Origin: Squalus acanthias
Taxonomy: Eukaryota
Direction of reading: 5' to 3'
NCBI GenBank assembly: GCA_030390025.1
Contig: CM059425.1
Coordinates: forward strand, 164,054,001 to 164,118,000
Length of the DNA stretch: 64,000 nucleotides
Below, one piece after another: positions 13,612 through 25,953 of the stretch. The position numbers were made by a program, and so were the translations under genes. Position 1 is the first letter of the stretch. Every line of letters begins with the position of its first letter. The notes under the pieces are model-generated. The model had not been told where the DNA came from and did no database searches. It saw only the letters and a list, made by a program, of their open reading frames with translations.

Positions 13612-13985
13612 TCAAGGCACCACACACCAGCACACTGTGGCTGCAGTATGTACGATCTACAGAATGCACTGCAGCAGCTCACAAAGCTTATTTTGACAAA
13701 ACCTTCCTGCCCCGCAATATCTGCCACCAAGAAGGACAGGTGCAACAGTTTCAAGAGAAAAGCACCACCCGCAACTTCCCAACCAAATCACACACCATCC
13801 TGACTTGAATATGTATCATTATCCCTTCATCATCACTGGGTCAATATACTGGAATTCCCTACCTTACACCACTGTGTGAGTACCATTACCACAAGGACTG
13901 CAGCAATTAAAGGACTGTTAAAAGAGAAGGCCCACCAGCTTCGCAGGGTAACAGGGATGAACGATAAATGCAATCTTACCCTGCA
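13612..13985 (+). mobile_element. Degenerate HER1/CR1-like LINE 3' fragment
   Basis: Diverged reverse complement of part of 20030-20400. Confidence 0.65.
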
Positions 13986-13999
13986 AAGCTGGTGTGCTG

Positions 14000-14908
14000 T
14001 CAAACATTGAAATCTTTATTTTCAACACTTTGCATTCTTGGACAGGTTTGTGTGCACCTTTGGAAGTGGCTTAGTGAGTTGCAGTGAATGGTGAGACATA
14101 ACGGTACCCCCTGCAATCATGATGAGTGTGAAAAGAACGGCTTGGGCATTGTAGGGATGCTTTATGGTGTTGGTGTGGGGTGGTGCCAACCTGGCGCATC
14201 ATGTGGCAGCCAGGGTGTGCAGCGTCAAGTGAAGTAAATCTGGCCACGGTGAGGCCATTCCTGGCCTCCCTGGCAGCAATGTGGTCGGGTGCTGATGTCC
14301 TCTGTCCTGTTCAGCATCAGTTGATTGCGGAGAAGGTTGGTGTTGTTGTTGGTGCTGCTGGTGTGCCTGGTGCTGCTGGTGTTGGGGCTGATCGTGGTGG
14401 GATTCTGAGGACCAAGGTGAGATAGTTTCAAGAGTACCGATGTTGATAGAATAGATGGCAGATGAAATTGAAATTACAGAAGCGATCTGTCAGTGGTGAG
14501 AGCGGTTGTTCCAATGAGGTGACATTGGATACAGAGTTTGCTCCAAACACTTGCAAGCTGCATAAAGCTCAATCTGCAGTAAGCAACAGCTTCTAACCTT
14601 GGAAAGTGAACAGCAATGAAATGGGAGCTTTTATAGACCATTTGCAGCTGTCAAGTTAAGAAATGATCCCATGATGACGCAACTCCCGACCTGCTTAGCT
14701 GACGTGATCCCCGAGCAGCGGGGAACCCGTGGGCTAACTCTTAAAATTTAAAGGTGAGCTTAAAATAGTTTTTAAGTGCCTGTTCACAAGCTCTTAATCA
14801 TCTAAATTGCCTCCTCCGCCGCTTGGTGTCGGGTCTGTTCAGCGATGACAAAACAATTTTTTCCCATCCGACCCGCCACCAAACTGACACCCTGAAAAAT
14901 TCTACCCT
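14000..14908 (-). mobile_element. Harbinger-derived fragment
   Basis: Minus-strand PDHIAAREARNGL resembles the transposase C-terminus near 12260 (PADHIAAWDARDALI); terminus aaaattctaccc. Confidence 0.55.
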
Positions 14909-16504
14909 ATGTGGTCCACAGCGAGGTCCTTGGAATGGTGCTGTTGGCATTCACATGGCTGGCTAATTCTGGCAAGTATTTTCACCACCTCTCTGTAGGA
15001 CACTGCAACCATCCCTAGGGAAGATGATGCCTCTCCTCAGCTGTGCTTGCTTGAGTTAGGTTGAGTGAGTCACCTTGCCACTCACTTGACGACTGGAAAA
15101 ATTGTCAGCAAAGCTCCTCTAGTCCTTCTCCCCTTTTGACCAGAAAATATACAAGGCCCTTTTAAGCTGCAGCAGCAGCAGCACATCATTTCCTGCCCCT
15201 AATGCTGCTAATGGGTGAGATACTAATCACAGGTGTAACTCATGCCTGCAATTCACCCACAATATGTGGAGGCACCAGGCAGCCATGCAACTGAGGGCAC
15301 ATCTCAGGTGCCTACTTGCCAAAGGCAGCTGGAAGTTGCAGGCTGGGTTACTGAGTTTAGGGGGTTCAGGCCCACTCCCCTTGTCTCAGAAGCAATTCTA
15401 CAAAGTCTCCACATTTTCTATCTTTCAGGTCCAGGGCTCATCACTGGCCTGGATTCCTAGATGGGTGCCACATTGACAGGCTGGCATGCCTGGTCTCTCT
15501 CAGTGTACCAGCCCGCCACTCTTCCACCACATCAGGGCAGAGGAACTCTCGGCCTGGGACACCCCTCCCCCAGCCATAGTCCTTTCTATATCACTTATCT
15601 TGTTTAGATTGGGTGGAAGCTCGGTCCCAACAGCGCCCTGTGGAAACTGCCGGCATCCTTGTGGTGGGATTGCACTGAAAGAGCCATGGGTTTTTGGCCC
15701 CTTTGTCTTATTGCAACATTGTTATCTCTGACTGCTTCCTCTAGTAAACATTTCGCATATCCTGATGTCTCAGAAGCTCATTTAAACATCCGTGCTAGCA
15801 ACAACATGTTGAATTGACAATATTAATTATTTATTGAGATAGCTGGTAGTGTCTTTGATCTTAATTTGAGCTTGAAAACATAAAAGTGTGACTAAGTTTT
15901 ATCAGCATCGATAATTTCCCAGAGATTAAAATAACAATCAATTGTAGATTTTCAGTTGCTCTTAATGAATAAACCGTCAATTTACTCAAACAGTAAACAT
16001 TAATGTTCCTTACCGTTTGATTGATAAAAGCCCATCATGTCTTGAGTACATAACTGTGCAAATGAACATTAAAGGTAGTAGAAGTAATAAGTCATTTTAA
16101 CTGCTGCTATTACAAAGATCAGAGGATTTAAAAAATATTCCTCTTATTCACTATGACTTTTACACTTGATTTCTTGTATTTATTAAAGTTCAATGTGAAA
16201 AGATTAATTAGCTATTTCCTCTGCTGTTGCATTATTCACTTTCTTATTAACCTTGTTCATTCTAATTCACCAACACATTGCTGGGAACAAATGCATTGAT
16301 TGCTCCCTCTTTGTGCACTGAAGGCCACCAAGGACAAGGTAAGTAAACTATTTTTATATTGATTCTCGGGATGTAGGCTTCACAGGCAAGGCCGGCATTT
16401 ATTACTAATCCCTAGTTGCCCTGATTGTAGCAATTTGATACAACTGAATGTCTTGCTAGGCCACTTCAGAGGGCAGTTAAGAGTCAACCACTTTGGTGTG
16501 GGAC

Positions 16505-18147
16505 TGTAAGGGTCACGGACTGGTGCGAGGTGAGGCTTTCGTTGCCTGTACTATTGCTTGCTCTGGTCTCCGGCCAGACTTTTGCAATAAGCACCTGTGA
16601 GTGGTTCGACCCACTCACCCTTACGGTTCTGACACCCGGACTTAGATGCAAGGAGCAGTAATGCAGAGAAAGACTCAAATAGACCTGGTTGAATAGCACG
16701 AAATGAATGTCTTTATTGCATGGCGTCTAAAATCATGAAATACATGTCATAGGCGCAGATCAAAGAGAGTACCAGTATACACACGTTTATAAAACTTGGT
16801 CTATGGAAATGGGGAACACACGACACATCGTAAAAGGGGGAACACATTATACATTAACCTTAGAAATCACCCTCCCTTAATATACCTAAACTACGTCTGG
16901 ATTTGTAGGATCGGGAAACATGCTCACCACTCGGCTCACTTCGGAAATTTAAAATGAGGCTCTCAGCTCGTTTCGCTGCAGCGCCTGACTGTCACGTGGC
17001 TGTAAGGGTTTCTGCACCCGACTTGTTTACTCTCGCTGCCGCGAATGGGTCCACTCGAGACGGCCCCGGTAAAGTTCGTCGCGGATGGCTCAGGCTATCC
17101 GCTCAAAGAGCCGGAGGGTAAGCCAGACTCCCTGATGTCATGAAGTAGTTTGTGGAATTCAAACCGGGTCACGAAGTAGACTGTAGAATTCGAACTGGTG
17201 GACTCTGCCGTTTATCTTCGGGTGCGGTTGGGGTTTACTGACCGTGGCGGCACGTGGAATTTCTTCTCGTCTTTCTTCTCGTCTTTCTTCTCGTCACTCG
17301 TGCCTTGCTCGGGAACACACCGCTGTGTTGCCCTGATGGGTCCGGACACCGTTTACCGACGATCGGGATGGTGTACCCTGCTGCCTGCCGTGTCGAGGTG
17401 GCTCGTTCCGATTGAACTCCACCCAACACTCGAATAACCGACCAGCGCAGCCCCGCCGAAGAAACCAGCGCACGACAAGAGCGAAGAGCGAAGAGTCAAG
17501 AGCCAAGAGACCGATGGACATTTGTCCCCTATAGTTATACTGTTTTGTCGGCCTTATCTCCCACTCAAATCTAAATGTTATCCTTTGTGTAATTTTGGCG
17601 CCCAAAACTCCCAGCATGGGGCGATTATCTTCTTAACGGGTTTCGGTATCACCTGAAACTGGCCAACTATCCGTTAATGCCTTCTTCATTGTTGAGCCAG
17701 CCAGGATGTGTATGAATCATCTCCTCAACTGGTTTTGGGACCCCCTGAATACTGGCTTAATCACCCGCCAATGTCTCTCTCATTGTTGAGCCGGGGGGGT
17801 ATTTGTGTATTGATGTGTCTGGATGGGCTTTCGATGGCCCAGTTCAATGATTCTTACTGTGCGTATGAAACGATTCAAGCACTTATATCATTGCTATTGT
17901 CCAAAAATGCAAATGGGTTGCATCCTGCCTTTTCAATTTGTACCAGGTATGATCTCATACTGAATGTATATTCGACGCCATCTTGTCTGCCCACTGTGTC
18001 TCTGGAAGCTTCTGCCACGATGTGCGGCGGCCATTTTACAGGCTTCTGTACCCTTTATTTTCAAGACAGCATTCCGTTCAATAAAAATGATCAATTGAAC
18101 CTGCTTCTCTCATATTATTAGAATCGCGATAATTGCGAAACTCTACA
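16505..18147 (-). mobile_element. Solo LTR, 1643 bp (ERV- or Gypsy-type)
   Basis: TGTA...TACA termini; 4-bp TSD GGAC (16501-16504, 18148-18151); host SINE rejoins across it; minus-strand AATAAA at 16717-16712; CpG-rich. Confidence 0.85.
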
Positions 18148-18348
18148 GGACTGGAGTCACATATAGGCCAGACTGGGTAAGGGTGACAGATTTCCTTCCC
18201 TAAAGGACATTAGTGAACCATTTTGATATTTACAACAACTGATTTCACTTTTACTGATACTTGCTATTCTATTTCCAGATTTTTTAACTGAATTCAAATT
18301 CTCAAACTGCCATGGTAGGATTATTAGTTCAGGCCTTTGGATTACTAG

Positions 18349-18477
18349 CAATGTTCCCCCTAAGGTCCCGCGCAGGCCGCTCACCAGCGCTGCCGCTGAA
18401 AGCGATACCATGCATGCAGCGGCCGTGCAGCAAATTTAAAGGGCCCACACAGGGAAAAAAAATTAGAGGGAACATTG
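18349..18477. mobile_element. hAT-type MITE, copy 2
   Basis: TIR caatgttccccctaa / ttagagggaacattg; TSD attactag / attactac. Confidence 0.85.
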
Positions 18478-18884
18478 ATTACTACTCCAGTAACATAAAC
18501 ACTACACTACCATACCCAGTTGGTTTCACTTGCTTTCACTTACCTATACGTGGAGCCAAGAGGAGCGGGAGTTTTCCTCCTGGCTCCACTGTAATACTGC
18601 AGGTCACTGAGGGTCCACACTCACCCACCTCCTGTTGCGCGCACCCCCTCCCCCCCCGCCCTCTGAGGAGCTACCTGAGGACCGCTGCTGGCGTCTGAGT
18701 CGGCTGATCTTGCTCTGGGCCTGACCAGCCAATTGCATCATGACACCGGATTGGCACCCACAGCGCACCAATTTCATGTTAATGAGGCCTGAGGGCCAAT
18801 TTCAGGAGGTCCTAGTGCCGACCTCTTCAAGCGCGCCTTCATTGTTGTGCCGTCCATTTCACGCCCGTAATCGGGCTCTAACCA

Positions 18885-19389
18885 ATTGTTTCCCCATCTT
18901 CTCCAATCCCCTCCTCAACAAAATCATGACTTCTACATTACATAAACTCCAACATAATTAGAACTCTGCCATCCACATACTGTCCTGAACTAAGTCACGC
19001 TCACCCAGCTCCACCCATTCTTACCAACCTCCATTGGCTCCCTGTATTGAATCCAAAACCTCTTATCTGCATGTACAAGTCACTTCATGGCTTTGTCGTG
19101 CTCTGCCACTGCAACTGCCTCCAGTATTCCATCTCTGCCTATACCCTTCAGTCCTGTGCATCCTCCTCCGCTCGTTCCTTCATTAGTGGTAAATCATTCA
19201 GTCATTCGGCCTATTTTCTGGAACTCCCTCCCTAAATTCCTCCACTTTTTACATCTCAAAATCTATCTTTCCAACCATACTTTCAATTGCCTCGCCTAAG
19301 TTTTATGTTTTTCAGCACCATTTCTCCTGTGTGAAGCATTTAGGGACATTTCCCACATGAACGGTGCAATACGAATGCAAGTTGTTGTC
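18885..19389 (+). mobile_element. Degenerate L2-clade LINE 3' fragment
   Basis: ctccattggctccc (LHWLP-like) motif and aatgcaagttgttg tail. Confidence 0.6.
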
Positions 19390-19603
19390 GCCAAATTCCA
19401 GCTAGTGTAATGGACAAATCTGTCATGGATGCGAAGGGATAAAATTGGGAAAGGAATAATACAGGTTACATCCCTTTATCCCTCATACATCCAACAGTAC
19501 ATTATTTCATGTGGCATTCAGAACAGAAAGACCCTGAAAATGCACCAGCAGATATCCCCGTAGTTATATTCGGGTCATGCCTGCTGGGGACCTCCAACAC
19601 TTT

Positions 19604-19987
19604 CTCGGCTCAGCTGATAGCACTCTCGCCTCTGAGTTTCAAGGTTGTGGATTCAAGCCACTCCAGTGCAGTACTGAGGGAATGCTGCATTGTCAGAGGT
19701 GCCGTCTTTCAGATGAGATGTTAAACCCAGGCCCCATCTGCCTTCTCAGGTGGATGTAAAAGATGGTGTTCTGGACAACATTTATCCTTCAACCAACACC
19801 ACCAACAACAGATTAACTGGTCATTCATTCCATTTCTGTTTGTGGGATCTTGCTGTGCACACATTGGATACCGTATTTCCCTACATTACAACAGTGACTA
19901 CACTTCAAAAGTACTTCATTAGCTGTGCTGTGCTTCTGGATGTCCTAAGGAAGTGAAAGGCGCTATATAACTGAAAGTACTTTCTTT
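19604..19987 (+). mobile_element. DeuSINE (SacSINE1-like)
   Basis: tRNA-like head, Deu-domain gtcagaggtgccgtctttcagatgag, tail aaggcgctatataa. Confidence 0.8.
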
Positions 19988-20020
19988 GATCAGATTTATG
20001 AGTAGATAATAGGGATAAGT

Positions 20021-21190
20021 TTTTTTTATTCATTCATGGGATGTGGGCATCGCTGGCAAGGCCAGCATTTATTGCCCTTGCGAAGGTGGTGGTGAGCCAT
20101 CTTCTTGAACTGCTGCAGTCCGTGTGGTGAAGTACTCCCACAGTGCTGTTAAGGAGGGAGTTCCAGAATTTTGACCCAGCGACGATGAAGGAATGGCGAT
20201 ATATTTCCAAGTCAGGATGGTGTGTGACTTGGAGGAGAACTTGGAGGTGGTGGTGTTTCCATGCGCCTGCTGCCCTTGTCTTTGTAGGTGGTAGAGGTCG
20301 TGGGTTTGGGAGGTGCTGTTGAAGAAGCCTTGGCGAGTTGCTGCAGTGCATCTTGTAGATGGTACACACTGCAGCCACGGTACGCCGGTGGTGGAGGGAG
20401 TGAATATTTAAGGTGGTGGATGGGGAGCCAATCAAGTGGGGTGCTTTGCCTGGATGGTGTCGAGCTTCTTGAGTGTTGTTGAAGCTGCACTCATCCAGGC
20501 AAGTGGAGCGTATTCCATCACACTCCTGACTTGTAGCTTCTAGATGGTGGAAAGGCTTTGGGGAGTCAGGAGTTGAGTCACTCACCACAGAATATCCAGC
20601 CTTTGACCTGTTCTTGTAACCACTGTATTTATGTGGCTGGTCCAGTTAAGTTTCTGGTTAATGGTGACCCCCAGGATGTTGATGGTGGGGAATTCGATGA
20701 TGGTAATGCCATTGAATGTCAAGCAGCGGTGGTTAGACTCTCTCTTGTTGGAGATGGTCATTGCCTGGCACTTGTGTGGTGCAAATGTTACCTGCCACTT
20801 ATCAGCCCAAGTCTGAATGTTGTCCAGCAACACTCCCTTTAAGCCGTGCGGCTGCGCAACACTCTGCAGGTCCCTCGCAGCCAGTGAGCCGGCTTTTAAA
20901 GGGGCCACATGGGCCCCCCAAAAATTAGAGGGAACATTGTTGTCCAGGTCTTGCTGCATGCGAGCACAGACTGCTTCATTATCTGAGGAGTTGCGAATAG
21001 AACTGAACACTGTGCAATCATCAGCGAACACCCCCACTTCTGACCCTATGATGGAGAGAAGGTCATTGATGAAGCAGCTGAAGATGGTTGGGCCTAGGAC
21101 ACTGCCCTGAGGAACTCCTGATGTCCCGGGGCTGAGATGATTGGCCTCCAATAACCACAACCATCTTCCTTTGTGCTAGGTATGACTCTA
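20021..21190 (-). mobile_element. 5'-truncated HER1-like (CR1-clade) LINE
   Basis: GVPQGSVLGPTIFSCFINDL...FADD; 3' end atgaatgaataaaaaaa; tail shared with the HE1-like SINE. Confidence 0.85.
20828..20939. mobile_element. hAT-type MITE, copy 3
   Basis: 3' TIR ttagagggaacattg; perfect TSD ttgtccag (20820-20827, 20940-20947). Confidence 0.85.
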
Positions 21191-21384
21191 GGTCATAGGT
21201 TTGTATTAGTCGAATTTTCACTTGGTTGATCTTCTATAAATTATTTCAGTGTTTGTTAGGTGAACTGTGTTTGACATAATTCTTCTCATAATATGCTGAA
21301 GCATGTGAACTTTCATTTGGGTGATATGTTACAATAATGAGATGTTTGAAGGAAAAAAATATGCTGATCAGGAACTTGGGGTCA

Positions 21385-22345
21385 ACATCATGCCTGTGCC
21401 AGCTCTTTGGTAGAGCTATCCAATTCGCTCCACACCCCTGCTCTTTCCCCATAGCCCTGTAAATTTTCCCCTTCAGGTATTTATCCAATTTCCTTTTGAA
21501 AGTTGCTATTGAATCTGTTTAGCGTAACTTCCTTGCTTTTGTACTCTATGCTTATGTTTATAGGCCAAGGACCCCGTATGCTTTTTTAACAGCCTTCTCA
21601 ACTTGTCCTGCCACCTTCAAAGATTTGTGCACATACACCCTCAGGTCTCTCTGTTCCTGCACCCCCTTTAAAATTGTACCATTTAGCTTATATTGCCTCT
21701 CCTCATTCTTCCTAACAAAATGTATCACTTCACACTTCTCTGTGTTAAATTCATCTGCCATGTGTCTGTCCATTTCACTAATCTGTCTATGTCCTCCTGA
21801 AGTCTATTACTATCTTTCTCATTGTTTACTACATTTCCGAGTTTTGTGTCACCTGCAAATTATAAAATTATGCCCTGTATACCCAAGTCCAGATCATTAA
21901 TATATATCAAAAAGAGCAGTGGTCCTAATACCGACTCTTGGGGAACAGCACTACATACCTCCTTCCAGTCTGAAAAACCACCGTTCACCACTACTCTCTG
22001 CTTTCTGTCCCTTAGCCAATTTCATATTCACGCTGCCACTGTTCTTTTAATCCCGTGGGCTTCAATTTTTCTAACTCGTCTATTATGTGGAACTTCGTCA
22101 AACGTCTTTTGAAAGTCCAAATACACATCAACTGCACTACCCTCATTAACCCTCTCTGTTACTTCATCAAAGAACTCAAACAATTTGCCTTTAACAAATC
22201 CATGCCAGCTTTCATTTATTAGCCCATACTTTTCCAAGTGCCAATTAATTTTGAACCAGGTTATTGTCTATAAAAGTTTTCCCCACCTCCCACATTAGAC
22301 TGACTGGCCAGTAATTGCTGGGTTTATCCCTCTCCCCTTTTTTCT
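21385..22345 (-). mobile_element. CR1 LINE, degenerate with internal deletions
   Basis: HGFVKGK, VDVYLDFQKTFDEVPH and FNTEKCEVIHF motifs. Confidence 0.85.
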
Positions 22346-24599
22346 CCAAAGTACGATGTTTTGTTAACCAAGGTAGTGAAATGCAGAGAAATGAGAGGAT
22401 TTTCAAAAGTTATAGTGCCTTTCAGCCTTCTCTTTCGCAATATTTTCATCATTCCAAACCTTTAAAATAAAATAAATCAACAAACTTGACCTACTATCCA
22501 ATATCTGTTTCATATATTGAGTCTGTGTTATAGGGCCACCACATTCACATAATTTTGGCCCCTTAATGAGCCTAATGCACAACTGTTTCACAGCTATTTC
22601 CTCAGTGCATTATATATTGTGCAATAGTTGCATAGCAGGCCTCAGTACCTGATAATATGAGTCACCTGAGTCCAGTGTGCATCAGTGTTACTGGCAGCAA
22701 GCTCTGTATTATTGACCCCCATATGTGAGCAAATTTCGTCCTTCTGCCTTCAAGGCTGCTGTATTTCTAAAGTAAGTAATAACCTACATCAGGTGCAAGT
22801 AGGACAAATTTTGCAATTTAAAAATAAAATCAGTTTAAAAGATTAAACACTGTGTGAATGACAGCCTCTAGACAATAAAAAGCAGCCAATCAAGCTTCCT
22901 AATAATTGAAATTAGTAGTCAGGCATGTGTTTGGTAGTGTGGATCAGTGGGCTTTTATAACTTCAACTCCTGCTTATAATCGATGTCTGTGGATTGTACA
23001 TAATTTCTTGCCAATACCACTAAGGTATTATTCTATTCACCTTAGTTATCCATGATTCACGTAATAACCATATCATTATACATTAATATTAGTAATGTCC
23101 AGCCAAGAATATAAGAATCATCATAATTTAAAATACTTGCTTCTGGTTTATTAACCATTAGTGAAATGTATCATATATGGGCATATCAGTGGGTAATATT
23201 TACACTGAATTAGTATGAACATGGGTTTATGAATAATTCTCTAAAAATATTTTCCTAAATGTATATCTATCCAGAGCAAAAAAAACACAACCGAAGTAAC
23301 CAAGGAAAATCAGGCAGCAAGAGGTCAAGTACAGTAATACAGTGGAGCCACTCATTACCATCTCTTCGATTGCTACTCTTCTCAGAATTTACCCATTCGC
23401 TTTAACTTTTGAACTGCTAATGCCACCTTTTATTTTAAATTTTCACCTAGCATCACTTTTTACACACAAGTTTCATGCACAGACAAACTTTATTAATTTT
23501 TGACACTTCAGGTCTTCTATAAGCAACGTGAAAGAGATTTGAGCTGAGTTATTTAGAGATAATCACATTCAACCATTGTTTGAAGACCGCACAAAACTCG
23601 TGTAAAAACCACACAATTACAAAGGAAAAATAATTGCGTACAGACCACACAATTGAAACAGCATGGCTACCCTGACAGTACAAAACTCAGTTCATAGTAC
23701 TTGGGTATCCTGATCCAAGCCTGCATGTTTTTTGCTGTTCAGCTCTCCCACACGTTAACTTCAGATGCGAGCACTGTCTGCATTCTTTAAATGGGTAACA
23801 CAATCAAAACCACAAAACTGCAGGACGCCACTTTATTTTGCCTTATATTGTATAGTGGATTTGTTGATTCTTTTAGGAAAAAGATGTCAAATTAGTGTGA
23901 AACCTTGTTATTTTCGAATCCTGTTGAATGTAATTTTTATGTATTCTGGCTGTAGCAAAAGTGACATTAAAAGGTCTCCACTGTACTACTGAGAGCAACA
24001 GTCACTCAGAATATTATGTGACAAAGCTCACAAATTAAATTAAAGGAGTGTTTTTTTCATTAAACTGCTATCTGCAGAAGCTTTATCATTCTACCCTACC
24101 ACATCTAAGGTAAGAAAATTACCCTCTGGAAAATACTGCAAAACCCGAAATACTATTAGTAAAAATATATTTGTGCTATTGACAAATGATCTCTATAATC
24201 GTAAAGGTTCCTGGTCTCCAAATGTTTGTAAATCTTATGCCAGAAATGAGCCCACAAAGAGAAAAGGGAACTGTTTTGCTTGAACAAAGCAGTAAAAATT
24301 GATTGCACCTGGATGATAACTGTGCCTCTTTGAATAGAGTTTGAGTATTCTATGAAGAATGTTAGACAGCAGCAACAAGATGCAGGATTGATTGACCTTG
24401 TTTACATAAGAATGCAGTATCCTGAGGAGTTCAAAGTGCTGATTCTCAGTTATACTTTCACTGGTTTATTAAATCCCTATGGGCAATCCAATTGGATAAA
24501 CAGAGCAAATGGGGAACAATGGGATGCACAGTTTATTCAATAAGTATGGAAGACGTCATAGCCTACAAGAGACACCCCCTCCACTGTCTCATTTTCTCA

Positions 24600-24833
24600 G
24601 GGGTGATGTCAGGAAGCACATCTTCACACAAACGGTAGTGGAAATCTGGAACTCTCTCCCCAAAAAGCTGTTGAGGCTTTTGAAAATTTCAAAACTGAGA
24701 TTGAGAGATTCTTGATAGGCAAGGGTATTAAGGGTTACAGAGCCAAGGCGGGTAGATTGAGTTAAGATAATGATCTAATTGAATGGCGGAGCAGGCTTGA
24801 GGGGCTGAATAGCCTACTCCTGTTCCTATGTTC
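24600..24833 (+). mobile_element. CR1 3' end
   Basis: FTQTVVEIWNSLP motif; cctactcctgttcctatgttc tail. Confidence 0.8.
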
Positions 24834-25266
24834 TGTCTATACCACACGTACAAATTTAGATTTAACTAGTTTTAAATTTAATTTGAAAGTTAATTTTAAA
24901 TTTGCTGAGATATACACTGAGTTATCCTAATCTATGCTGTGCTGAATACGATATCAGAGTAATATTATGACATTGTTTCCTATCAAATAATAACTTTTAA
25001 ATTGGGATCACAAATTCAACTAGTCACATTATATGGTAGATGCTATATAAACTCATATAAAGGTGATTCCATGTTGAAACCAACAAATTAATTATTATTT
25101 AAATTCTGAGGTTCTTCAAGGTTTCCTTATAGCCCCACTACGTGCTGCTAAACAGAATCATATTTTGTGATATTTGTATTGTAAATAATAATTTCTGTTT
25201 TATTACATAATTACTCTTATTTAAAAAGTAGTACGTCCCTTGCTCTGTCTGCCTATCATACATGTT

Positions 25267-25953
25267 GGGCTCGATTTTAACTCCCGGACAGCAACACGGC
25301 AAAACCAACCACCTGCCTGTCAGGGATCGGCAGCAAGCAGGCTCTGCTGATTTTAACAGCCGGGCCTCAATTAGCATGCCACTTGCTGGCTTTCCGAATT
25401 TAGCGGCTGGGAATTCGGCGGGAAATGCTGCACAGCCGTTAAAATCAGGCAGCAGGAGGCTGCCACCGAGGGCCTACAGGAATTGTACCTGGTGCAAGGT
25501 CAGTGTTCCAGGAGGGGAATCTCGGTCGGGGGAAGGGTGTGGGGTGTGGGGGGGGAAGGGGTGGGGTGGTTGGTGTGGTGGGGAGCCCCGAGGTAGCGGA
25601 AGTTCAAGGTTCCTTGTGTGGCCCGGAGGAGCACTTCTGCTTCTCATGACCCACAAGGAAAGCAAAAAAATATTTTTTTTTAAGTTACTCTGCTGGGCTC
25701 CTTCTAACCCTGGCTCATGTTCTCAGCAGGTTTGACCATCACTGCTCCCCGCTCAGGACTCAGGTTAAAATAGCAGATTGGACCCAAGAATGTCATCAGA
25801 GCCCAATCTGCATACTTAAAGAGGACTCCGCCAGTTTAGGACATGTGTCCTTGCCGCCTGCAATTTAAAATTGGAATCAGCCAGAGCGTGAAGGGGAGTG
25901 GGTACATCCCCCGCTCCATTTTAACTGGCAGGCGGGGAAGTTAAACTCAACCC
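25267..25953. mobile_element. Harbinger-type MITE
   Basis: Termini gggctcgattttaact / agttaaactcaaccc; internal ggaggagcacttctgctt shared with 10720 (and, inverted-family style, other MITEs). Confidence 0.65.

Larger units (their letters stand above)
16360..18517 (-). mobile_element. HE1-like V-SINE split by a solo LTR and a hAT MITE
   Basis: V-domain-like ccttccctaaaggacattagtga; tRNA-like head near 18517; 3' tail (aataaatgccggccttgcc) shared with the LINE at 20021. Confidence 0.75.

Noticed and set aside
19311..19331. REST/RE1 site (TTCAGCACCA)
   Set aside because: Left half-site only, without GGACAG, and inside a LINE fragment.
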